Source: Eledone cirrhosa (lineage: Eukaryota). Taken from it: a stretch of 64,000 nt of DNA. Positions within the stretch are counted from its first letter, which is position 1. Every line of letters starts with the position of its first letter. The stretch lies in NCBI GenBank assembly GCA_964016885.1, contig OZ024743.1, positions 238,018,001 through 238,082,000 on the forward strand, given 5' to 3'. The notes beneath the pieces were generated by a model. It did not search any database and was not told the DNA's origin. It saw only the letters and a program-made list of their open reading frames with translations. Shown piece after piece: positions 1 to 12,599 of the stretch. The position numbers and the translations under genes are program-made.

Positions 1-290
1 TTAGCTCGACAGAAGGAGCCGTGACACTTTTTCATTTATCGAAACTTATTTGGATTTTGAAGTTTAAACATATCTACGGAACAGGTTTGGATTTTGAAAT
101 TTAAATTTGTCCAAGTACCTCGGCCATTTGCCAGTATGGTTTGTTTTTATTGATTTATTATTTTAAATCGAGACAGGCAAACTGTATTATTATAATTAGT
201 ATTTTTCAATCTAGCTAACTTAGTCATTTACAATACAAACACTTATATGTTGGTATTTGTGTTTATCATATATATTAATTTATATTAACT
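1..290 (+). mobile_element. Fragment of the 515-nt non-coding repeat family seen at 3107-3839; includes the 3' half of a hammerhead
   Basis: 40-270 aligns by eye with 3523-3770; GAAA(41-44) ctt...aag TT taaaca(65-70). Confidence 0.65.
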
Positions 291-321
291 TGTATATATA
301 TATGTATATATATATATATAC

Positions 322-352
<31 letters not shown>

Positions 353-553
353 TATATATGTATATATATATATAAATATATATGTATATATATATATATA
401 AATATATACATATATATACATGTAGATATATACATATATATATAAACACACATATATATATATATATATACATATACACATATATATATACACATATATA
501 CATATATATATATACACACATATATATATATATATAAATATATATATACATAT
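291..553. repeat. Degenerate (TA)n/(TACA)n microsatellite
   Basis: Seen directly; source of the YIYI ORFs. Confidence 0.95.
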
Positions 554-742
554 ACGATATTAAACAAATGGAAACTATATTTATAAAACCATATTTATTT
601 CGTTATATATATTTCTGGGATATCATATTAAAAATATGGTATGCCTTCCTCGTAAACCTACTCCAAAAACTGTTGAGTGCTTTTATATCAGTTATAAAAT
701 ATTTACTCGTTGTAACCCAACAATTTTAAATAAATCTTTTGC

Positions 743-827
<85 letters not shown>

Positions 828-828
<1 letters not shown>

Positions 829-1358
829 TAGCATTAAAGCCCGGAGTTGCTCAGGGTCAGTAAGTTACCAAATTTAAGTTGCACTACCCATTTTATGGCA
901 GCACTTTTTTGTGTGCCAGGCACTGGGTGAATGAATTACAGACCTGGACTCCCGAAGCAGGAGCTGCACCAGCAGAGACAATTGTAGTTTCGTCTACGGA
1001 TATTATCTTTGTGCAAAGAAGTGTTGAAATTTATTGTTTCACAGTACTTGCGCAACACGCGCGTAGACGACGCCAGCCGAACAACAGAGCTGCAATGGAG
1101 TTGTTCTGTATGGTTGTCTAATGTGTGTTTTCTAAATTTAAGACAGTAGGGAGGGGTGTAATATGGGGGAGAGTTAGCTGGTGTTTATAGCAGGTTTAGT
1201 GACCTCATAGAGGATATTGTGTATAGTAAATCATCTGATACTTCTTTCTTCCAAGTTCGTTGAGAGATGTTTTAAAAAAAGATTTATCGCTATTTTTTTG
1301 TGGTTGAATAAATTTATCTGCTGCTTTTGAATATTTGTTGTTTCGACCCAAAAACAAA

Positions 1359-1445
<87 letters not shown>

Positions 1446-1800
1446 TCACTCTCTTCTCTCTCTTCTTTCTTCGACATTCCTAAAGGAAGTTTGGAAGTTT
1501 AAGCATATATAAGATAAAGTTGCAGCATGTAAGTAGTTTTATCGAATTTTAAGGGGAGTAGAGAGAGGTACTCAGATTGTATTAGAGGGGTAAAGCGTCA
1601 TGTATTTAGTTTTATCGATTATTTCCGTAATTGTGGGTGAGTTTGAAATAAATAAATAGTCGTTGAACTAAATTAGAGCATTTACAACACTCTTACAGAC
1701 GTTGAGTCGAATCGGTTTGAAATTGTGCAAAAATATAAACATGGAACATGCACACCCCCACACACACAACAACAATCTGCCTTTTATAGATAAGGATTGA
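828..1800 (-). mobile_element. Non-autonomous Helitron-like element
   Basis: Minus strand starts TC(AATCCTTATCTATAAAAG) next to (TA)n and ends with a GC-rich hairpin (ccctgagcaactccggg) followed by CTAG-T; internal (CT)n at 1362-1440. Confidence 0.6.
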
Positions 1801-1948
1801 TATATATATATATATATATAATGTAGGAGGTGAGTTTTATTGTAGTACAATAAAGCAATGCAGATATCGGATAAGAAGCACTCTACAGTTTGTAGGACTG
1901 GAGTATGGATAATATAAGATCAAAAGATGGTTAAAGGAGTTCCATGTA

Positions 1949-2015
1949 TTTTATTATGCGCATTTCAAAAACAAACATCATCATGCAATAATATTTGTGT
2001 TTTCATCAGATAAAA
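1949..2015 (-). ncRNA. Type I hammerhead ribozyme (Penelope-type)
   Basis: Minus strand: ttttat CTGATGA aaaca...tgttttt GAAA tgcgca TA ataaaa; palindromic stem III. Confidence 0.8.
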
Positions 2016-2109
2016 CAGGAGAACATGATATGGAGGCTAAAAAACACTTGTGGATAGTGCAGTTTTAAATCAACATATGAAAAGTGGTTTTAGATTGATG
2101 TGTGATATT

Positions 2110-2525
2110 GGGAAAAATATTTTATTTAGAGAGGGGGGGGGGTGGAAAGGATGAAAAGGGTAGGAGATGAGAGGGAGAGATGGGTGATAGAGAGAAAGAG
2201 ATAGTTTTTATAACTGAGAGGAGATATATTTTTTGCATAGAGAGGTTGAAAACCGTTGGAAGATACTGTATAAATTAAAAATTTTGAAAATTAACGAAGG
2301 GAGGATATGTGCGAGGAAAAAATATTTTATTTAGGGAGGGGGGGGGAAAGGATGAAAAATAGGGGGAGGAGATGAGAGTGAAGATGGAGAGGGAGAGATG
2401 GGTGATAGAGAGAAAGAGATAGTTTTTATAACTGAGAAAAAGATATATTGTTTTAACATAGAGAGGTTGGGAACCGTTGGAAGATAATGTATAAATTAAA
2501 GGAATTTGAAAATTAACGAAGGGAA
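2110..2525. repeat. Imperfect tandem duplication of about 215 bp, probably in a decayed Penelope 3' region
   Basis: 2110-2300 resembles 2315-2525; 2540-2590 recurs at 2810-2860. Confidence 0.7.
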
Positions 2526-3106
2526 ATTATGTATGAAGATATAGAGAAAAAAATAATAATTGTGGATGAATATTCTAACGTCAAAAAAAGAAATGTATGT
2601 ATTGTGGCAATTTCAAAATTAACGAAGAGAAAAATTATTAAGGTTTGTGTGTAGAAGGATTTGAGAAAAATAATGTGAAGTTAAAGTTTGTATATTGATT
2701 GAATTGATAATATATGCGAATAAAGAGTTAATATGTATTAATAATGAGTTCGTTGATGGGGAGAAAAAAATAATAAATTAAGGATGAAATTGAGATTAAA
2801 AAGATTTATGATAGAGAGAAAAAATAATAATGATTGTGGATGAATATTCTAACGTCAAAACAACAGATGTATATGTTATGATTTGAGGGTAATGAGTAAA
2901 CAAGTATTATAGAGTGTATAATGCCCTTTAAAGTAAGGTAGATGGGTATATTTTAAAGAGGTGTATGTATATGTGCCTTTGAGAAAAGATTCTAAATTGA
3001 TAAAGAATTGAATATTAACTGTATACTTTGTGAAAAGTTCTATGGAATTTATGCAGGCAGATAGAAAACAAATCTGTGCGTCTATTTATTATAGAATCTA
3101 GGTTAG

Positions 3107-3831
3107 ATTGATATGCTTCACTTCTAAATAATTTAAAAGACTGCGTGACGCACATGGTTTAACAGTATCTAGCTAGTCTCATAACCGTACTGCTAGAAAT
3201 AACAATAAGCATGTGTTGGTATCTGTGTTTCATCACATACATATTAGTTTATACACGGCTCAGTGGGTATTTTCCTCCTTCGAGCTAATTCCATTGTAAA
3301 AGAATTCATTACCTTATTAATATAACTGCTCCTAGTCTGAGCTGAAAGCCGCCTCATATATACGACTGTTATTTCTAGCAGTACGGTTATGAGACTAGCT
3401 AGATACTGTTAAACCATGTGCGTCACGCAGTCTTTTAAATTATTTAGAAGTGAAGCATATCAATTTGTCCCTGGATGTTTACCGAGGAGAGCAGGACATG
3501 ATATTCCTACACTTATTTATCTCGAAACATATTTGGATTTTAAAGTTTAAACTTATCTACGGAACAGGTTTGATTTTGAAATTTAAATGTGTCTAAACAT
3601 CATAGCCTTTTGGCAATGCAGTTCGTCTTTGTTGATTTATTATTTTAAATCGATATGGACAAACTGTAGTATAATAATTAGTATACTTCAATCTGGCTAA
3701 ATTTTCTTTTGCAATATATATACAGATGTGTTGGTATCTGTGTTTCATCACATACATATTAGTTTATACACGGCTCAGTGGGTATTTTCCTCCTTCGAGC
3801 TAATTCCATTGTAAAAGAATTCATTACCTTA

Positions 3832-3839
<8 letters not shown>
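3107..3839 (+). mobile_element. Retrozyme-like non-coding element: 515-nt unit, terminal direct repeat and inverted 98-bp copy
   Basis: 3211-3324 repeats at 3726-3839; 3107-3204 is the reverse complement of 3367-3464; ends in (TA)n; contains a hammerhead-like motif. Confidence 0.65.
3477..3552 (+). ncRNA. Type I hammerhead-like motif with U4C core
   Basis: gttta CCGAGGA gag...ctc GAAA cat...aag TT taaac; the paralogue at 41-70 has a better stem III (ctt/aag). Confidence 0.55.
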
Positions 3840-3895
<56 letters not shown>

Positions 3896-3902
3896 TATAT
3901 AT

Positions 3903-4042
3903 ATAATGAGGGAAATGTGGTACGGAACCAGATGGACCATAACGCACCAAAGTACTCAATACTTAGGGTAGTAGAGTGGGTAATAGGAACGAGTAGGACC
4001 CCCATGGCTGAGCTCAAGCCGTTTCGACGGCTAATTCTGGAC
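3903..4042 (-). mobile_element. Penelope pseudo-LTR terminal fragment with half a hammerhead
   Basis: Same ~140-bp sequence as 28545-28683, 30061-30200, 32703-32845 and 59417-59560; always abuts (TA)n. Confidence 0.75.
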
Positions 4043-4074
4043 ATATATAATTCTGGATATATATATATATATAT

Positions 4075-4705
4075 ATGAAAAATGGCGTGCTGCGTTGTTA
4101 CAAATGGGATACATATGAATAAAATTAGAGCGAGAGTCCGTCATCAGTGATCTTCCAGCCGTCATTGGTATTTCTTCGCATTAAAGATCATATACCTCTG
4201 GCTGGTGCGGGCAATAACTAAAAAAAGTTATTGGGACACGTAGAATAGGGTGAAGCGAGCGAGACATATAAACAAACAGAGATGGTAATGCAACGGAAAG
4301 AGAGGAAGAGGGGAAACAAGTCCGTGATATCTATGAACTTAAGTTCGATCAAATCATGGACGAGGAGAGACACAGACGCGTTCGAGCCATGTGAGATGTA
4401 AGCGAGAAAAGGATTTCACACAGGTCAGACTGGAGGAAGTGAGAGAGAGGGAGTAGCAGAGAGTGAGTGAGTGAAAGTGTGAGGAAGAGGCCAGCTGAGA
4501 GAGAGTGACTGGCAGAGGGGGTGAAATGAAGGTGAGCAACAACGCAGCACGCCATTTTTCATTTATATTTTGCCCTCTGCTGTGACCAATCTGTTTCTTT
4601 CTTACTGCTATCCTCTTTATCTCTCCCTGTATCTCTCACCTTCATTTCACCCCCTCTGCCAGTCACTCTCTCTCAGCTGGCCTCTTCCTCACACTTTCAC
4701 TCACA
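4075..4705 (-). mobile_element. Non-coding element of the permuted-hammerhead family: minus segment 4075-4538 plus inverted segment 4537-4705
   Basis: Homologous throughout to 53425-54236; the plus segment duplicates both ends of the minus segment. Confidence 0.7.
4140..4209 (-). ncRNA. Candidate non-circularly permuted hammerhead ribozyme, copy A
   Basis: cgca ccagcc aga ggta TA tgatctt taa tgcg aa GAAA tacc aatgac ggctgg aagatca CTGATGA c. Confidence 0.6.
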
Positions 4706-6049
4706 TCAACCATTGCTCCTCACCACTACCTCGTCACTACACTCACCCCACCCCACCCCCACCTATCATACATGCCAAAACATTCCTCATAATTAAACCA
4801 CCAATCAAAACAACATAAACTGAGCAACATATTAATGCGAAACGTTAGACATTTATATGCCATGTATATTCAATGTCATTACTACAACAGAGGTCAGACG
4901 AGCTTTTGATTCCAGAGTCGGACCAGATCGATACAGATCGAACCTTGAGGTGATAAATAGTGAAACGCAAATCACCAATCAACAAACGTAATGAAGGCTT
5001 AACAAATCGTCCTTGTATTAATATTATACTACACTCTGTCTAGCTCTACACCTCGCCACTGACATGAACCTAAACATCGAGTGCTCACCTGGGTGAACCT
5101 AGGGTAACCTCACGTTACCCTCCCTGTATATATATATATATATATATGAGGAGAAGAAATCTAAAATGCAACTGGAGTCTTTTAACGAATATTTATTTGT
5201 TTCCTTATCACCACCACCTCCTCCGCATTAGATGTGACTAACAGAAGGTGAGTCATCAATATCAGTTAGCATAACAGCTGCAGCAGGGTTGGAACAAACT
5301 GGCACTCAAAGAATGAGTTGAGTTTTAGTTTCTGTTGATAAATCAATGTTCAAAATTTTACCATCAGTGGTTCTCACATATATAACAGAGAATTGGATAT
5401 CCTTCATAATGAGGGTAGGGTCAACATTTTCATCCTCCTTGCTTTCTCTACTCTCTTCAACAAAACTTTCATCCGTTATTTCATCTTTTAACACTTAGTA
5501 GGAATGGTTTCCTTTGTCTTCAAGCCAGATTCTACTAACATATTCTGTGGCATCTGTTTCACCTGCCTTTTGAAGTATATCATAACACAAAACTTTCAAA
5601 CAGAATATTACAGCCATGAGGTTATAGTAGTTTTTAAATGTTACTGACAGTTCTTTCTTCTTGTGTGTCTTCCATAAGATTCTCCTTCTCTATCACCATG
5701 ACACTTTTGTTCACATCTTTAGTCATGAGCTTCAATTATATCTTGATCCATTGCTTCAGTCCTCGGGATAACACTGACAGGCATTGACATCAGTACTAAC
5801 AATCTGAGTGGGCACGTGTGTAGCTCAACATTAACAGCACCATCAGTTGATCAGTAGAAAGTCATCTTGTTATTTACACACTGCATGTGAAGCAAAATCA
5901 AAACTGCAATGATAAACTCGAAAGATAAAGAATAACTGATGGTCTGAAATTTAAAAAGAGATGCATAGGGCTTATAGCTGCAGATACTTGAAGGCATTAT
6001 ACAGAAAAATAAGGCAAGACTTTTGGTCCACAGCCGTAAAAAGTGAAGT

Positions 6050-6750
6050 CAAAAGATGGGAACTTCCTCATCATAGATCCAGTGGGAATTATGAGTCAGT
6101 GGACTGAACACTTTAAATATATGTTTGATAACCCATCAGTAGTTGATGAGGAAAGTATTAATGGACTGTCACAAAAGGAGACGGTAACAGATCAATGATC
6201 CAACCATTGATGAGATAAGGTCTACTATCAAAGAGATAAACATAGGATAAGCTCCAATTTGGATGGAATACCCGTCGAGCCGATCCGCTTTGGAGGAGAC
6301 AATGCTGCTACAGCCGTTCATAGGCTCTCGATTTACAAGGGCAAGGGTTCCAATTCAGAATGTGGTGATTGTCATGGTATAAGTCTGCAACAAGTGTCAC
6401 TATACCAAGTATTTGCAGACCTTACCAAAGCCTTCGATACTGTTAATGGTAGTGCATTGTGGGTTATATTAGGTAAACTTGTATTCCCCCATGAATTTGT
6501 TGGAATATTTAAAAAAACTCCATCAAAATATGAAAGCAAAAGTGAACTTCAAAGGGACACTGTCAGAGCCAATATCAGTGGAAAATGGTGTGAAGCAAGA
6601 CGACATACTTGCATCCACTCTGTTCTCCATCTACTTTGCCGGGGTGCTGACATATGCATTCCAAGCCTTCGAAATCGGTGTATACTTGCGAATTAGAACT
6701 TCTGGCAAAGTATTTAATCTAAGACTGTTTAACACCAAGTCCAAAACAGC
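6050..6750 (+). mobile_element. RTE-clade LINE RT fragment, internally deleted
   Basis: VFADLTKAFDTV and GVKQDDILASTLFSIYF motifs in frameshifted ORFs. Confidence 0.85.
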
Positions 6751-6754
6751 ATCA

Positions 6755-9300
6755 GCTCTCTCTTTTTGGGGTAGGTAAACCCATAGCTAAACGGAGAGAG
6801 GGTGGTGTTGGCTTCGCCATTAGAACATCCCTGCTTGATCGTATGGAATGTCCTACTGGTGTAACCGATGGTATTATGAAGCTTTGTATTCCTCTGAGAT
6901 ATGGCCGTTATGTAACACTTTTATCTGTTTATGCACCAACCTTACAGGCCAGTGAGGTGGTCATTGGTTCTTTCTATGAGTCTCTTCGTGCTGCACACCT
7001 TTTCAATATAAATTATTACTTCTCAGTGATTTTAATGCTCGTGTGGGTACTGATCACGAGACATGGGGCGCCCTCGATCCATTTGGTTTTGGTAAAATGG
7101 ACACCAGCGACCTGATGTTGCTTGAACTCTGCTCAGAACTCAACTTAACCATCTGCAACACTCTTTTCCGTCAGAAGCTCAAATATAAATATAACTGATA
7201 TCATCCAAAATCCAAGCATGGACAGATGATTGATTTCATAATAACTCTTAAACGAGATCTAAGTGATGTATGTACAGTGCGTGTGTTGCGTAGTGCAGAA
7301 TGCGGCTACAAATTAGTGCGAGGAAAGTTCAAGATGAGTATTCACAAAAGGATTCGTATTAGTGGAGTGAAAATACCGAAACGCATTGATGTCACCAAAT
7401 TGAGACAAGCAGATGTGCATGCAACCCTAACTGAAAGATTTGATGGTCTTTTGAAGGCACCTGGGAAAACTTTAGAGATAAAGTTTACTCAGTGGGAGCT
7501 GATGTACTTGGCTTCAGAACCAAGAAACACCAGGACTGGTTCGATGACAACAATCCTAATATCAATCAGCTACTGAAAACCAAGCACACTCTATGAAAAT
7601 TTCCTGAATCAGAATCCCGTAGCACAACCAGCTGTCAGAAAAGCCTACATAGACCACAGGGCATCACTGCAACGCGAACTGCGCAGGATGCAAAATGAGT
7701 AGTGGAGTAATATCTCTTCGGAAATCGAACAGGCTTTTAACACCAAAGATTCGAAGTCATTTTACTCATTGATACGCCAAGTCTTCGGCCCACCAAGTAA
7801 CTCAGTAACTCCTCTGAGATCTAAAGACGATGCCAATATCACCGTCAAAGAGCCATCAAAAATCCTTCAGCATTGGGAGGAACATTTTACTGACCTGTTT
7901 GACAAACCATGAGCAGTAAATTTTGGAGTAATAGAGGGCCTTACTCAATGTGAAACAGTCCACCGTATGGGTCGACTTTCCTCTGCTGATGAGATAAAGC
8001 TTGCAGTCAAGCAGGTTAACTCTGGCAAGGCACCAAGTCCAGATGGTATCTCAGTCGAACTGCTGAAAGTCGGTAGTGATAATGTAACAGAAGCAATAAA
8101 CAACTTCATCACTGATTGCTGGAATGGGACCCCAGTTCCGCAAGACTGGATCAACAGTATTTTGTTATCATTATATAAAGGACGGTGAATTGGCAGTATC
8201 GTTAGTGAGTCGGACGCCATGCTTTCCAGCATAGTTACGTCTCTTTACGGTCTGAGTTATAATCCGGTCGAGGTTAACTTTGCCTTTCATCCTTACGGGG
8301 TCGATAAAATAAAGTACCAGTAATGTACTGGGTAATTGCCGGCCTTGTGCTAAAAGTAGAAACAATTATACAAAGGCAAAGGTAAAAAATCGATATGTGG
8401 AAACCGTGGCATCACTTTGTTGGAAGCTGTTGGCAAGGTTCTTGCAGGACTTTTGTTCAACAGTCTAGAAGAAGATATCTGTCCTATAGCTATCCCAGAA
8501 TCACAGAGTGGTTTTAATGAGGAAGGGGAGCAGTTAACATGATTTTCTCTGTAAGACAAATACAAGAAAAATGCATTGAGCAGTGTGTCCTATATCAAGT
8601 CTTTGTCGACCTAACGAAGGCTCTCGACACAGTTAACGGAGAGGCACTCTGGATAATACTTGGAAAAGTAGGATGTCCACCCAAGTTTGTGAGTATGCTA
8701 AAGCAGCTGCACAGAAATATGAAAACTTGGGTTACCTTCAATGGTCAACTATCTGGGGAAATCCCAATTGACAACGGAGTAAAGCAAAGTGATATTCCTG
8801 CTCCTACACTTTTCTCCATCTTCTTTGTTGCCTTGCTCACACACGCTTTTCATGATTGTGACAGGCATTCTCTTACGGTTCAGAACCACTGGAAAGGTTT
8901 TCAACTTAAGAAGGTTTAATGCCAAGACAAAAACTTTGATCAGGGACCTTCTTTACGCCGACGACGCTGACTTCCTAGCATACACAGAAGCTGACATGCA
9001 ATACATTATGGACCGTTTCTCATTCTCATGTACAGCATTTGGGCTTACAATCAGCCTTAAAAAGACGAAAGTAATGTTTACCCCTGCTTCTCGAGAACCA
9101 TATACTTAACCCCATATCATGGTTGATGGAACCAGGTTGGGAGTAGTAGATAAATTTGTCTACTTGGGTAGCACACTCTCAAATGATGGCTCCTTGGATG
9201 CTGAAATACATCTGCGCATCCAGAGGCCTCTGTTGTCTTCGGAAAATTGGAAAAGAGAGTTTGGGCAAAATGCAACATTACCGCATAAATCGCATAAAGG
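6755..9300 (+). mobile_element. Degenerate RTE LINE (APE endonuclease + RT)
   Basis: SVYAPT, MIDFII, KAPSPDGI, FVDLTKALDTV, LLYADD, FVYLGS; many stops and frameshifts. Confidence 0.9.
8182..8364 (+). mobile_element. tRNA-derived SINE inserted in the RTE
   Basis: A/B-box-like head and conserved gcctttcatccttacggggtcgataaaataaagtaccag body; flanked by attatataaagg (8170-8181) and attatacaaagg (8365-8376) as a likely TSD; interrupts the ...LYKG|KG... RT frame. Confidence 0.85.
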
Positions 9301-9559
9301 GCAGCTGCAAAACTTTTGCGGAATGACGTTGAGAATATAAACAACTGAAGCGTCAGCTCCGGAAGGGCTGTGCTCACAGTCTTGATGAAATCATTAGTAG
9401 TTGGACATGCAATTTCTGTCAGCATGTAATCCTCTCAAAGGTTGGGTATGTTAATCAGCTGACGTTGCATATCTACTCAGCTGCCGCTCAGATACAAGTG
9501 TCGAGGTCAGCAAGGAGAAATACGTGGCTGTAGCACAAAGCGCTACGAAGAGTATAGAG

Positions 9560-11340
9560 GAACTTCGGCATGGCAAAACAGTTCCTCAACAGGAAGAGAA
9601 GTGGGTGGGTATCAATCATGCCCATTCAGCTCGTGAGGGCCTTGAGTTGCTGGAGCCTGGACCTGATGGTGGAGCGGATGGCTGGCGAGTGGATCGGTGA
9701 CGCGAGGATGAAGACATCCTCTTTAGGGTTCACCTGTACCAGGAGGAGAATAGACCGCAAATGCGAGACGGAGACTGCAAAGCTCTCGGCATCGTGGTTG
9801 ACATTCACCACCTCCGATTTGGACGAGTTGACCTGGAGGCCGATTCCCGCGAGAGAAGGAACCACCGATTGTAGGTCGTGGCAAACGGTCTCCACGGGCC
9901 CGCCCAACGTAGCACCATCCAGGTACTAAACGTTGAGAAGGGCCGTGATACTCCGAGCAATGTGGTCTATACCAAGAGCAAATAGGACGGGGCCCAAATG
10001 GTCACCCTGTTGGAACCCAGGGCCTGAAGGTATGACCATATCAGCAGCAAGGATTATGTTCGGGTCTCTATATGACAGGGAGGGCAGCGGGTAGACAGAC
10101 AGGGCTCAGCTGAGGCAGGCATCGAACAGATGGTACGGCGTAGGCAGTTAAAGGCATTACTCATGTCAAACTTGACTATGAGGTGCCTAGAGTCCCTGGA
10201 TTCCAGTTCCTTTGGGCAACTGCTGAAGAACTTCCTGATTGCATGCCCCCCCATCCCAGACCCACCGGACAATTCGACACCCAGTTACACCGGGCTGAGA
10301 GCCTCGCCCAGTTCAGGTGTGATGGACCTGCAGACCACCTTAGCGGCCAGCCTCCTGAAGACATTGCCCACAGCGATGGTGCATATGCCACCCTCTTTCT
10401 TCCTGAGAACAGTCAGGCTAGCTGAAAAAAAGAGGCATCGGGCATGAGGATCCAGGGCACTATGAATGAACATATTAGTGAGTGCCACGATTGCACTAGG
10501 AAGGTGGCGCCCGGCCTCAGCGAAGTGGGGGAATTACAATTCCTTGAGGTGGCCAGGTTGGAGGCCATCAGCACCTCCGCTGCTGCTGACTGGGAAGGAC
10601 TAGATGGCAGACATGATGTCTGCGTTGGAAGTCACAAGGAGCAAGTGAGGATCTGGTGGGAGTATGGGTCTAAGGTCGACAGGTGGTTCAGGGTGCTTGA
10701 ACCGCAGGGCAGCCAGGACCTCCTCGGTGGGTTGGAGGACAGTGTCTCCTCCAAAGCAACAACCCTGACTGCAGCCGAGATATCACCCGTCATTAGTTTG
10801 GCGTTTACGCGGTCGTGTAAACGCTTTGCGCTTGCCTCAGTGGTGGAGGATTGAAGACACCCGAGAGCAGAGGGTGTGGTGTCCTCCGGCACACTTGGGA
10901 TGGGCGCTTGCCCAAAGGTCGAAACATTGGCCTTGACAAAAGCTGTGACAGGCCACCTTGGTCAGAGCCAGAGCAGGGGAGGCCGAGGGCGAGTGAGGCG
11001 AAATATAAAAGGCGCTCCCAGTCGCTGGCTTAATTAGAGTCCAGGGTCCTCTCGATTGAGGAAGCGAGGGCATCGGCTACCGGCACCTGGGCTGTTCTCG
11101 GGATTTTGAGCGGAATCTTCCGGAGCCGCCTGAGCCGAGCGATGTTGACCAGGTGCTGCAGGTGTCGACTTGTGGGTATGGATGATGAGGCGTGGAGCCG
11201 GGGACTGGAGCATTAAAATGGCCGCAACGGCATGTGGTTGGTTGTTACCGGCCTGGGCGCTAGGCTCAACGGTATGTGGGTGGAAGGGAAAAATCAGAAT
11301 CAGGGGGATGTGGGCAGGGTGCTGATATGAGTGAGGTTTC
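9560..11340 (-). mobile_element. CRE-clade-like (RLE-type) non-LTR retrotransposon RT remnant
   Basis: IAVGNVFRRLAAK, KFDMSNAFN, QQGD.LGP and YLDG.TLGG motifs across broken frames; GC-rich island. Confidence 0.75.
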
Positions 11341-12035
11341 ATAGCTCAGCTACACCAGATCCGGAGGCAATAGAAGACAAGACAGAAAAATGGGGTGAGG
11401 CATGGAGGGGGACACACGAGAAAATAATAAATAAATAGGTGGACAAGCAAATCCAGGGGTTGTTTCCAGCGGAAAAGACCCAGAGATTTGTATGCGCACA
11501 TGTGAGCATGTTAACAGTTCCTCATAGAACCATGTAACTAAAGATGCGTCTATAAATCGTGAAAATATATATATATGTTTTTGTTGCTGGTGTTGTTATT
11601 GTCACTGTTGCTGTTGTTGGCCTCGTCTTGTTAATGGTAGTGATGGTGATTGCTGATATGATGATGGTGTATACACATATAAGTTGCTGTTGCTGGTGTT
11701 GTTATTATTGTCACTGTTGCTGTCGTTGCCTTCCTCTTGTTAATGGTAGTGATAGTTGTTACTGCTGCCTATTTCAACTGTCAAGCTGGCTGCTGAATCA
11801 ACTTCTGTGAGTGAAGCTCTAATGCCTTCTTTATCACAATACACTGGGTAATTGCTAGCCTTGTACCAAATGTAGAAACAACTAACTTACTTCATATTAT
11901 TTTATTGTAATTTTATTGTCAATTTGATTTATTCCTGTTTTATATTTTCTTAAACCTAAATAGCATTTTTATTCTTAACTTCTCATCCCTGATTTCTATC
12001 ACGTGGTGGATAGTCACTTCCACAAACAATTATAA

Positions 12036-12145
12036 GCTTTCTGATGAAGTGTGATAAATACTTAAGTATTGCATATGATTGAACAATATATATTGTAGTC
12101 AGCATATGTAGACAATTAAATAGACATAGAAACATATGTTAAAGC
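12036..12145 (+). ncRNA. Type I hammerhead ribozyme in an orphan pseudo-LTR
   Basis: gcttt CTGATGA ... GAAA catatg TT aaagc; (TA)n about 60 bp downstream. Confidence 0.75.
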
Positions 12146-12206
12146 AAATAAATTCCTAATTTCCTTTCTCGCCGAAGTTTATATTTTTCTTGGTGCATTA
12201 CTTGCT

Positions 12207-12237
<31 letters not shown>

Positions 12238-12599
12238 GAAGATTATATGAGGCACTTTGAAGTGTCTTTCAAATTAGTCCACAGGCTTTTTAATTCAAAT
12301 ATTGTCCACCCAAAGCACCAACAACAACAACCACAGAACCAACAACAGCAAGAAAAATAACCACTACAACCATGCAAGAAGCGGCCACTCCTAAATGACT
12401 AGTTCAACTACTACTGTACACATTCTAGCTATTCAAATTTGCTTCTTCCTCAAAGTATCCAAGTGGCTGAACACTACCATTTTCAACATTTAGACTCCTT
12501 AAATAACTCCTCAAAATGACATTGTGTTGAAGCCTAAATTCTGCAATATCAGGAATATGTTTAGATTTTTTATATAAGACTATTATTTATCTCCCTATA

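Noticed and set aside
257-863. YIYI/CVCV/ERER ORFs here and at 1205-1512, 16043-19091, 28543-28926, 37922-38285, 54118-55165 and 59201-59471
   Set aside because: Translations of dinucleotide microsatellites that happen to lack stops; not genes
3322-3410. Possible twister or HDV-like ribozyme
   Set aside because: Could not place the conserved core nucleotides; kept only as an unassigned structure
4075-4562. Apparent MITE with 24-bp TIRs
   Set aside because: Homology continues past the right TIR to 4705 and matches the tandem unit at 53425-54236; better explained as an inversion of a permuted unit
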